DNA of 64,000 nt from a virus, in the IMG/VR virus record IMGVR_UViG_3300047094_002472, one strand, 5' to 3'. Position numbers and translations under genes: made by a program. Shown piece after piece: positions 17,595-28,900 of the stretch (positions within the stretch are counted from its first letter, which is position 1; each line of letters opens with the position of its first letter). A model generated the notes under the pieces. The model was given only the letters and a program-made list of their open reading frames with translations. It searched no databases and had not been told where the DNA came from.

Positions 17595-18644
17595 ATGGAC
17601 AAGCAAGCAGTAAATCTGTACTTATCCAGAATTTTATCTGGATTCTATATCTTTTCTTTTCAGGAGAGAAGATATAAGCTTGTTTATCCAAACATGGAGC
17701 TAAAGTATAAGTCGGAACTCTATGCTTCCGAGTGCTATGAGCAGCAAAAGTTTAATGATTGGATATACGAGGATAATATTGTTGATTATCTTGTGGATGC
17801 TGGCTTGTGGAATTATGGTGGAGACGATCAGCTTAAGAAGATAGAAACTCAAATAGAAGATAATAAGGTTGAGTTATATCAAAACTTTCTTAATCCACCC
17901 AAGCAAAAGCAAGTGCGCAAAACACTAGCTAGTCTCAAAAAAAATTACAACAGGATGTATAACGTGAGACATTCCTTAGACTCTCTCACACCCCACGGGT
18001 ATGCTGAATTACTCAAGAACCAATATATACTTATTCACAGTATCTATAATTTAAATAATACTAGAATATTTAAGTCAACTAAAAATACAGACTATAATAA
18101 ACTTAATGAGATATCTAATATTTTAGCAGAGTATACGGTGGACATAGGAACCTTCCGAAAAATAGCTAGAAATGATTTGTGGAAAAACTATTGGTCCGCT
18201 AATAAACACAATATTTTTGATAAGGCTACAATAGACTGGACAGACGAACAAAGAACGCTGGTTGTTTTAACCAAAATGTATGATAGTGCTTATGAACATC
18301 CAGAGTGTCCTGTGGACTCCGTATTTGATGATGACGATATGTTTGATGGGTGGATGATTCATCAGAGAAGAGAGGGTGAAAAAATAAGAAGTAAAAATAG
18401 AACTGAAAAACTATTAGAGGATAAAAATCTTAGTAAGGCTAATGAGGTCTATATAATGGCTTCGTCTAAGGAAGAGGCCCATAGTATATATAACTTGAAC
18501 GATAATACTGGTATGCATATAATAAAAGAAAGAAGTCGGATGTTGGTTCCTGGAAAGGAAATAAAAGAGTCAGACTTACCGGATGTTCAACGAAGTCTAC
18601 AGATGATGCAAAATCAGCAATTGGTAGACTCTAGGAAAGGATAA
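17595..18644 (+). CDS. Tail assembly chaperone-like protein
   Basis: Between tail tube and tape measure; helical; paralogous to 18943..19839. Confidence 0.5.
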   Translation: MDKQAVNLYLSRILSGFYIFSFQERRYKLVYPNMELKYKSELYASECYEQQKFNDWIYEDNIVDYLVDAGLWNYGGDDQLKKIETQIEDNKVELYQNFLNPPKQKQVRKTLASLKKNYNRMYNVRHSLDSLTPHGYAELLKNQYILIHSIYNLNNTRIFKSTKNTDYNKLNEISNILAEYTVDIGTFRKIARNDLWKNYWSANKHNIFDKATIDWTDEQRTLVVLTKMYDSAYEHPECPVDSVFDDDDMFDGWMIHQRREGEKIRSKNRTEKLLEDKNLSKANEVYIMASSKEEAHSIYNLNDNTGMHIIKERSRMLVPGKEIKESDLPDVQRSLQMMQNQQLVDSRKG

Positions 18645-18649
18645 TTAAA

Positions 18650-18943
18650 ATGGATGATCAACAAGACATGCTTTCTAAACGGTTTCAAACCACAATGATC
18701 GGAGCCCTATTTCAGTTCGAAGAAGCTTTTGGTTATTTATGGGGATTTGATAAAGATGATGAAGACTTGACAGAATCCGAACATAACTTTAGATTAAAAT
18801 GGGAAGATGTAAGATACAGAATTTTGAATAATGGGAACAATCAGCTCCGATCTGCTATAAAAGATCTAGAGCAGATAAAGTCTCGCAAAGACCACTATCA
18901 CTATAACTATCGTTTTAACAATAGATCAGAAAGAGGACAATAA
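18650..18943 (+). CDS. Hypothetical protein
   Basis: 97-aa ORF with AAAGGA RBS, coupled to next gene. Confidence 0.6.
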   Translation: MDDQQDMLSKRFQTTMIGALFQFEEAFGYLWGFDKDDEDLTESEHNFRLKWEDVRYRILNNGNNQLRSAIKDLEQIKSRKDHYHYNYRFNNRSERGQ

Positions 18944-19839
18944 TGAAGACAAGAACATTTACAGGCAGTATCGACAATAAGGAAGTCACATTTTTAGTAA
19001 GGTCGCCTTCTTTGGCTGATCAAAGGGAAGCTACAAAAGTCTATAATACGGCTTTTAGCGATGCTCTTAAGGCTAAGGCAGTAGTTAGAGCAAAGCTAGA
19101 TGATCTTCTTGTTGAGCAGGGTCTGTGGGACGATAAGAAGCAGTTTGAATTTAGTGCTCTCCAATCCAAGATTCTGGAGAGTGAAAGAAAGCTAGCAAAG
19201 GGTGGCATCCCACTACAAGAAGCCAAGAAAATAGCCCTAGACATGAAAAAGGATCGAGAAGACCTAAGAGACCTAATTGCGGTCAAAACCAATCTCGATA
19301 CCCATACCGCAGAAGGTCAGGCTGATAATGCTAGATTTAACTATCTAGTTTCTGCTTGTACGGTGTATAATGATAATAAGAAGCCATATTTTAATAGCTA
19401 TGACGAGTATTTAAATAAGGCTTCCGACCCAGTGGCAATACTAGCCGCACAGAACTTGGCCGGTATGCTATATGGTTTGGAAAACAATTACGAAGAAAAG
19501 CTTCCGGAAAATAAGTTTTTGAAACAGTATAAGTTTGTTGATGATAAGCTACGACTAATTAATAAAGAAGGTAAGTTGGTAGACCAAGAAGGTCGTTTGA
19601 TTGACGAGAACGGCAGATTTATTAATGAAAAGGGTGAGTTTGTAGACAAGGATGGAAATCCTGTTAGTGATACTGGAGATTATGTACTAGAATTTAAACC
19701 ATTTTTGGATGATAGTGGCAACCCCATTAATCCGGAACCAGAAGTTGTTACACAAAAACCAGAAGAGATTAAGGAACCAGCTAAAGATGAGACTAAACAG
19801 GAAACAGTCGATACCACCCCAACCCCCACAGCTTCATAA
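18943..19839 (+). CDS. Tail assembly chaperone-like protein with C-terminal 7-aa repeats
   Basis: Immediately upstream of tape measure; LINKEGK-LVDQEGR-LIDENGR-FINEKGE-FVDKDGN repeats. Confidence 0.55.
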   Translation: MKTRTFTGSIDNKEVTFLVRSPSLADQREATKVYNTAFSDALKAKAVVRAKLDDLLVEQGLWDDKKQFEFSALQSKILESERKLAKGGIPLQEAKKIALDMKKDREDLRDLIAVKTNLDTHTAEGQADNARFNYLVSACTVYNDNKKPYFNSYDEYLNKASDPVAILAAQNLAGMLYGLENNYEEKLPENKFLKQYKFVDDKLRLINKEGKLVDQEGRLIDENGRFINEKGEFVDKDGNPVSDTGDYVLEFKPFLDDSGNPINPEPEVVTQKPEEIKEPAKDETKQETVDTTPTPTAS

Positions 19840-19862
19840 AGATTGTGTGGATTTATTGACAT

Positions 19863-19907
19863 GCGGCATTTTCCCCATAAGACAAGATCTTACTGGGGAA
19901 TTGCTGT
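19863..19907 (+). promoter_or_regulatory. Long imperfect hairpin directly upstream of tape measure gene (attenuator/processing site?)
   Basis: TTCCCCA-TAAGA / TCTTA-C-TGGGGAA stem, extended by GGCA/TGCT. Confidence 0.45.
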
Positions 19908-19927
19908 TTATATAGGAATAAATTATT

Positions 19928-22900
19928 ATGGCCCAAGCTTTTAATCTAACAGCACAGATCAATCTACAAGCACCAAGTAACCTAAAGACAGTAGTTGCCC
20001 AGATCCGTAGAGAATTTCAAACAGTTTCTGCGGACGTAAAAGTTAATGTTAGTCCCCAAGCAGCAAGATCTATTGATAATGTCACAAATAGACTAGATGC
20101 TATGAACGCATCATTAATTCAAGCAAGGAACAATACTACAGCTTTAGACTCGGCTCTTAGAAACCTATCGTCCTCCCTTTCTTCTGTACAATCTACTACT
20201 AGTAAAACAGATAATGCTTTTTCTAAAACCTCCACATCCGTTGGTCAAACAGCAAAAAATATCAAAGTTGCTACAACAGAGATGGAAGAGTTCGGAAAAC
20301 AATCAGCTCTTGCTATTCGAAGATTTGCCGCATTTAGCGTTGTTACTAGCGGTGTCTTTGCATTAATCAATGCTGTTAATAGTGGGTTTCAGGCTTTCGT
20401 AGAATTCGACAAAGAACTAGTGAAACTACAACAGGTAACAGGTAGGGGTGAAATTGGTCTTAAGAGTCTAGAAAAAGAAATATCCAACTTATCCACAACT
20501 CTTGGTGTTAGCAGTAAAAGCTTAATGTCCGTAGCTTCTACCTTAGCACAAGCTGGCTTGAGTGCTGACGAGACCAGAGTAGCACTAGCAGCCTTGGCAA
20601 AAACCGAACTAGCTCCATCTTTCGACAATCTTACAGATACAACAGAAGGTGCTATTGCCGCTATTCGCCAGTTCGGTCTCGAAGCCGGAGACCTAGAAAA
20701 AGCGCTAGGCTCGATCAATGCTGTGGCAGCAGCTTTCGCTGTTGAGTCTAAAGATATTATTGCTGCTATTCAGCGTACCGGTGGTGTGTTCGCCGCTTCT
20801 AGTAGAGGAGTTAGCGAAGGAACGGACGCTCTGAACGAGTTTATAGCAGTATTTACAAGTATTCGACAAACTACTCGTGAAAGCGCAGAAACCATTGCTA
20901 CTGGTTTGAGAACAATTTTTACACGTATTCAAAGAGCTAAAACTATTGATCAGCTTAAGGAATACGGGGTCGAGCTAACTGATCTAGAAGGTAAATTCGT
21001 CGGCCCGTATGAGGCAGTGAAAAGACTAAGCGCCGCATTAAGCCAATTGGATCCTAGAGACCTAAGATTCTCGTCCATAGTTGAAGAGCTTGGTGGATTC
21101 CGTCAGATCGGCAAGGTTATTCCACTTATTCAACAATTTAAAACAGCACAGGACGCATTGGCAGTAGCGCAAAAGGGACAGGGTAGCTTATACGACGCCC
21201 AGGTTACCGCACAAAAATCTTTAGCCAATCAATTAGCAAAGGTTAGAGAACAATTTTTAGCACTGATTAGAGATGTTGGTAAGAGTCAGTCATTCCAGGC
21301 TTTGTTCAAAATTGTAACCGGGCTTGCCAGTGGTTTAATTAGTTTAGCTAGTGCTTTCAAACCTATCCTACCCATACTTGCTATTATGGGTGCAGTAAAG
21401 GGCGTTTCCGCTATTAGACAGTTTGGTAGCGGCTTTATGGGCGGTATTTCTAAGGGTGGTGGTGCTCGTGGTGTTGGCAGCAATATTGGAGAAAGTCTTA
21501 GTGGAGCCAAAGATAAGGAGAGAGACGATACAACAGCTAGAGCTAGTGATGCTATAAGAGAAAATACATCAGCTTTAAAAATATTAACAGACTCAACCAA
21601 TAAATTAAATGCTTCTGTACTTAAACTTGATGATACTATTAAGTCGAGACCGTCTACTGGAACAGGACTAAATAGTGGAGGAATTGTTAGAAAATTTGCT
21701 AGGGGTGGACTGGTTCCTGGCTCTGGTAACGGAGATACTGTTCCGGCCATGTTGGAACCGGGTGAGTTCGTTATACGGAAGAAGGCGGTCGAAACGCTAG
21801 GGGCCAGCAGTCTTCACAAGATGAATAGGTATGCTAACGGTGGTGCTGTTAGCATACAGAACTTAAAGGGAACTGGCAAAAGGGGATATGGCAAAAAGAC
21901 TATTTCTGAATATCAAAACAAAAACGTAAACATAGAAGACGATGATTATATTAGCAGCCAAGGTTCCTCCATCGAGAGAGAAAAAATATCTAAATACTTG
22001 AGCGTTGCAGATTTTGCTAGCGGGATAAAGGAATTAGAGCCGCTATTAAATACAAAAGATACACTACTTCGTAAACAAAAAAGCTATGACGCACGAATAG
22101 GACCACTGGCAGAAGAACTACTTAAGAAAAAACTAGGAGCCTCCAAATATCTTGGATTAGGCACATCATCCTCCAATGAAAGTAATGCTCCTATTGATCT
22201 AATAGGTGATGATAATTTATATGAAGTTAAACTTAAAAATGAATCAACTTCCGACGCCGAGCTATATAGTAAGCTATTAAGATATAAACTTGAACAATCT
22301 CCAGAATCTGTTTTATCACAATTTAAAGAAGCTCAAAAAGAAAAGCAAGACTCTATATCATTAGGATCAATTAAGCTTCTAGAAGCTCAAGAGTTAAGAA
22401 AAGAACTAGATGCGACATATAGACCCAAAGCTGCTGGTGGTATAATTCAAAAACTCGCCAACGGCGGTTTCCCGCTAATAGACGATCTACCAAATGCTAA
22501 GGGCTCTATGCTCCCAAGACCGGGAATAAGCCCAGGATCACCACTAGACAAGATTATCAAAGAGGGTGGTGGTGCGGTTGATTTTGATAGAACTTTACAA
22601 AGAACAGTTGGAGATGCCGCATATGCTAGTGCCAAAACAGCATCCGCTAAAGATGAAGTTTTACAAAAATACTTTAGAGACCCAAAAGCTAGATTAAAAG
22701 ACGCCAAACAAGCACGACTAACACAGTTTGGTAAACAACTACAAGATCTTATCAAGCAGGGGGTAATCGAACCCAGTAATCTATCTATCATTTCTAAATC
22801 AAAAAGAGTAGAAGGACTAGCCGAACATATTCAAGAAATGTTTGGGATACCAGTACAAAACATGGTATTTACCTCTGGTGGTTCAAAAGAGCCAGCTCTT

Positions 22901-25900
22901 GAAGCTATGAGAACCAAAGGCCCAAGAGTAAATAGAGTAAGAAAAGCTCTAGGTGGTCTAGTACAGAGATTCGCAGTCGGTGGAGAAGCAGAAGCACTAG
23001 AACAATTAGGTAGGGCCAAGCTTATATCACTTGCACAAAAGGCTGGCATACCATACGACTACGAACTGCTGGGTAAAAAATCTCTTGAGCAATCAGACAG
23101 AGCTAAAAAAGATTCATTCTTACAGCAGCTAGTTGATGCTGGTATAATATCAAAAAATAAAGCCGCTAGAGATAGCACTGTTGCTGCTTCTAGATCATTA
23201 GCAGTAGTTGGTATTACTGGAGATAGATCAGAGCAAGAGATCAAAACCCCCGGAGCTTCTGATGACAAATCAGGTCTGTCTGTGAGAGGCGTTCCTGCTA
23301 CACTAGAAACCGGCGCATTACCACCTAATGTTGCTAAGAGAGTTCAAGCTAAAATTAGGGCAGGTATTGAAAAAATGGTCAGAGAAGTTGGGGAGCAAAT
23401 ATCTAAAGCTTCTGGCAGCATACCTAATTTGGATCGTAAGTTTGTAAGATCTGTTGCCTCAAAGGACATAGAAGATATTGCTGGTTCAATTTTCGAGAAA
23501 GCTCTTGGCGTTGCTGGTGGTGGTTATGACCCAATGGCTAAGGCTATAGACTTCCCCGGTGGACTAAATGAACAACTGGCTGGTTTACTAGGTGTTAGTT
23601 CTGGTGTTATGACAGATGTTACTAATAGAGCTTCAAAAGCAACAGCAAATCGTAAAGTAGCAGATGGTCAGTTTGATAGGGGTCGTTTAGAGGCTAGACA
23701 AAGATTTGGTCGCTCACAATTTGCTCTTGGTGGACAAGTATATGGTCTTCAAAAGGGTACAGGATTAAAAGATAGTGAGTTTGATGCCCTAGTTAAGTAT
23801 GCTAATACTAATGCTTTTACAGAACAAGAGTTTAAGGACTACCTAGCTCTAGAGCTTAAGAGAAAAGCATCTAAAAAAGATTTATTAATCAACAGCAATC
23901 AATTAAGACAGGTATTATTAAGCGGAACCACAACACCACAAGCAAGCTCCTCACAACTAGATCTTGCTAGACAATTAATGGGTGCTCCAGACGCTAAGTT
24001 TAATCCAAAATATGATAATGCTAGAAAGCCCTTTGCAACAGGTGGTTCTGTAGAAGATACTGTACCAGCACTATTAACTCCTGGTGAATTTGTTATCAAT
24101 AAAAAGGCCGCACAACAAATTGGTTATAGTAAATTAAATAGAATGAACAAGGCTGATAAGATTAAGGGATATAACAAGGGTGGTCCAGTAGGAGTCCAAA
24201 GATTTGAGGTTGGAGGAGAAGTAGCTGGAGTATCAGAAAAAATCTTAAAATCTATTCTTGTAGAAGTGAGTGCGAAAGAAAATAATAGTGGTGGAAAAGA
24301 ACTAATTAATACTATTAAAGACGCGATAGCCAATCAAGCTCTTGGAACAAAGAGTGCAAGTGAAGCTATTGTGGATGTGGCCGCAGGTATTAGAAAATTA
24401 TCCATAGAAAAGAGAGCATCTGGTAATGAAGACAGAGCACAAAGTCTTAAGAAAATTTTTGATCGTCTAGATGAACTTCAAAAGAGTCGGGGTGGATCAT
24501 CCTTGGTGGAGGCCACTAATACTAGAGTAGGAATAGATACAGCTAAGCCCACAGGTGAAACTGCACCTGCTTCCGAGACTCCAGCATCCGGTCCATCCCC
24601 ATCCGGCCCATCCCCGTCCAGTACAAGCACAGCGAAAGACGAGGTTAAAAAACGCAAAGAAGAACAAAAAGAATATTTTGCATATAGAGCTAAACAATCC
24701 GGACAAACAGCAGATGCTTTCCGCTCAACATTAGCAGCAAAGGTTGTGAGTCGGGAAAAAGACTTGGCTGAAAATCTTAAAAATCAACAAATTGGCTTTA
24801 GATACAGCGCACTCAGTCAAAGCAGTAGCCTCAAAGGATCAACAGATAAAGAGCAACTCGATGCGGCTAAAGAAGAATTTGCCGCAAAATTAAAAGAGAT
24901 GGATCCTTCAAGAAATGCTGAAGAGATAGATAAAGCAGCGGCCAGACTTGTGGGTTCTCTGAAAAAGGGTGCGGATTCTTTCGATACGATTGTAGAAAAA
25001 GATACCGTCCTGTCAGATATGCTCAACAAAACCAGAACCAGCGCAGAGAATGCTGCTATAGCTTTTGACGATATCGCCAAAGAGAATGGACTAACCTCAG
25101 ACGTTCTAAGGGAAGAGGTATCTAGTAAGAATAATAAACAATATCGTCAACAAAGATTTATGCAGAGCGAGTCTGGTCAAAAATTTGGAAAACTTGCTGA
25201 GATAGCCCCAGATGCTGTTTCTAGATTTGCTAGTTCCGGAATAGGAAAAGCCCTTAGTTCTGCATCTGATATAAATTCTAAATTATTTGGCAAAAGCTTA
25301 GGAATTTTTGGTAAAACTATGGGTAAAATTGGAGAGAGTCTTGATAAAAAATTCCAATCGGTTGGCGGTTCATTGGTGGCTTTTGGCGGAGGACTAGCCG
25401 TCGCTGGCGATCAATTACCAAAACTTATAGAGTCTTTTGGGATGAGAGACAGCGTGGCAGCTGCTGGTGTAGTAGGAGGAATACAGGGTGCTGGTCAGGG
25501 ATTGGCTAGCGGAGCTTTATTGGGCGGTCAAATAGCCGGGCCAGTAGGAGCTCTAATAGGAGGAGTTACCGTAGCTATTGTAAAAGGAATAGAAGGAGCT
25601 TTTAATGCTATAAATAATAAAAAACTAGAGAATACACTGAAGGCTTTAGACAAAACCTCTTCCGACCTCAGTGTAGCATTTAAAAAATTAGATGCGGCAG
25701 CCACCGATGTAAACTTCTCTAATGCTCAGTCTAGTTTTCAAAAAGAAGTATCTGTTGCTAATTCTTTGAGAGCACAGGCTAATTTTACTGGAGGGTCCGA
25801 GCTGGTGCGTATGTCTAGGGCTTTTGATTTTACTGGTGTGACAGGAGCTTTGACTGGCCAAAGCGTAGAAGGAGAAGCTGGTAGGTCTCTGGTTACACAG

Positions 25901-28900
25901 ATAGGGAATCAGCTTCAGGCAGCCGAAAAACTAGGAGATGTTGCATTATCCCAAACAAGTACAGAAAGCATAAATAGCTTTTTAGACTCATTAGTCAAAT
26001 TACCAGAAAAAAGAAAAGATCAGACGCAAGAGCAATACAACGAAGAAAATAAAGACTCTATAGATCAAAGAAATACTCAACTTGCTAGAGCCAGCCAAAC
26101 ATATCAGCAACTTGCCGAGTCTGGATTAAGCGAAGAAGATATCTTTATGGATAAGTACATAGACTACGCAGCCAAACAAGGTAAAACACCAGAGGATATC
26201 AGAAAACAGCTCAGCACAGAAGAAGGTAAAAAGGAAGCGCTGAATATAGGCAAGGAACAACTAGCAGTTGATAGCGAACTAGCATTAAAACAACAAGTAT
26301 TAGCTAGAGCATCTAGAGAACTAGCAACAGCGACAGACAATCTTATAGACATATATAAAAGAGCCCAAGGAGGCCTGCTCAGATATAGTCAAGAATTAGA
26401 AAAATTTGAAGCAGATGCTGTTATGAGAGCCAATAGTCTTACGGGCGATGCTAAGATTAGAAGCGTGGATAGATCCAATGAAAATGCCTTAGGAAATATT
26501 AGCGCATACTCAATGGCTGAAGTTGAACAAATCGCTAATCAAACAGCTTCTATTGCAGGCGGAGGCGATGCAGGAGATACGCTAAAAAATAATATTATAA
26601 CTGCTAAAATTTTACAAGACGAATTACCAAAAGCTCTCAAGGGTGCAAAGGATGGTGATGTTGATTCTATTATGGAAAAACTAGAAAAGTCTTTTGATGC
26701 TGCTGGAATTGAGATGAGCGAACAAGTGAAGACCCAGCTGAGAGAAAAGCTACAGGAAAAAATCCAGAATAGACAAGGTAACGTTGGCTTAGCCGATCTT
26801 GCAGAAGATATGTCGTTTGTACAGGACGCAACAAAACTTACAGAAGAGGCACTAAAGACCGGGCAGGCGATTCAAAAGGCTTATAATGACACTCTTCAGG
26901 CATCTATTAATTTATTAGATCAATATAATTCTAATCTAGATAAAAGCGATGAGTGGAATAGAAAGGTAGCAGATATTAGAATTAATGCGGAGCTTGATTT
27001 AGCAAGAGCTTTGGGTCAGTCCCCAACACTAGAGCAGCTAAATGATCCCTTCAATACTAGGGTTAAAAGCTTAACTTCTGGTTTAATTCCGGGTGGATCC
27101 ACAGATCCAAATGCTATTAATAATTCTATGAAAAATAGTATTGAACAGAAAAATATAATACAAGCCCGTATAGATGAAAATAAAAAGAAAATTGGTATGC
27201 CCGGTGAAAACAGAGAGGCTATTAATAGTCAAATTAAAAAAGATCAAGAAGCATTAGCCAAACATACGAGAGCTATCAATAATGGCAATAAAGCCCTAGA
27301 AGAACTAGCAAATAATAGCGAGGCAGCAAGTAATGCCTTAAATGCTATACAGGATAGACAACAACTAGGGGACAATGCTAGGGGCTTGGCTCGCAGACTA
27401 TTAACATCAGACTCTGGAGAGCTTGCCGATTTTACTCGCCAAATGGGTGCTTACACAAAGACCATAAGCGGAAAAGCGTCAGGACGGGAACTAGGAAGTC
27501 TGCAATTCAGACAAGACGCTTTTGCTGGACTAGACAATATTAAGTCTGTGATACCGGAAAATATTGCCAAACAAATGGAAGCGAAACTAGCACGTTCTAT
27601 GATAGAGGCCAATCCACAAGGACAACAAATACTTCAGTCCGTGATAGGCGTTGATGCTAAAGGCAATCCAATGACCGTTGATCAGAGTTTAAAGATGGCC
27701 GAAGAAGGCAAGGATCCAGTACAAGAACAATATATAGAAGCATATAGACAGGCCACAGAAGTTCAAGCACAAGCAGCACAAGCACTAGCAGATAATGCTC
27801 TTTTAGCCGCTGAAGAATTAAGAATGGATATCGAATCATTATTTGCTGGCCTAGAGACAAAGTTAGCGAAAATACTAGAAACAGCAAAGACTGACTCTGA
27901 AGTACCAAGACCACCCGTAGAAGCACAACCAGCACCACAAAAACCCTTGTCAACAGGTAGATCAAAAGGAAAATCTCAACCTCCAGATGAATCGAATAAA
28001 GATGCTGGAGCTGTAGTTGGTAGTATATTTAATGCCTTGGTAGTAGCACTAGGCGCTGGGGTTGGTGGACTATTTGCGGTAAATGAAGTAAATCGGTTTA
28101 GAGATAGAAGAGAGGACAGAAGAAACAAAAATAAAGAGAAGACACCAGCAGAAGCAGATAAAAGCAAGGATACGCCTGATTCTGACACAGACAGCAAAAC
28201 AAAAACTCCAGATGCTGATACCGATAGTGGTAGAAGTTCAAGGTCTCCTCGTGGCGGCGGAAGAGGCTTTAGTAGAAAAGCTGCTAAGGCGATTCCCGGA
28301 CTGGGATTAATATTTACTCTTATGGGTGCGTTTTCGGCTCTTGGTGCTGGGTATAGCTCAGAGAGCGGCGAGTCTGCTGATGATTATGGCATGTCCGGAG
28401 ATAGCGCATTAGACGTATTGATGGATATAAGAGCAATACTAGACGAAAGGCTGTGCTGCTGTTGTAAAGAAATGTCTGATGCTTTAAAAAAGGAACCACA
28501 AAAACAGCCTTCAGAAATGAAGATATCTCCAGTTCCCCCAAAGCCAGATCAAATAAAGCCGCTCGAAAACAATAATATCAGAGTAGAAGAAAACAAACCA
28601 AAAGAAGCACTCTCAGAAGCAAAAGACCAAAAAACAGAAGTAGAAACAAGAAGCTTGGGTTTAGATGTGCTACAGGGCGCATTGGAGCTAGGCGGCTTTA
28701 TACCAGGAATAGGAGAATTTGCGGATCTTGCAAATGCAGCCATATCATCAGGAAGAGCTGCTATGTCTAAAGATCCTAAAAATCGCATGGACTTTGGTAT
28801 CGACGCGGGTTTAAATGCAGCCGCTGCTATTCCTTTCGTTGGATATGCAGCAAATGCTACTAAGATTACCAAAAGAGCAATTCAAAATCCATTAGTCGAG

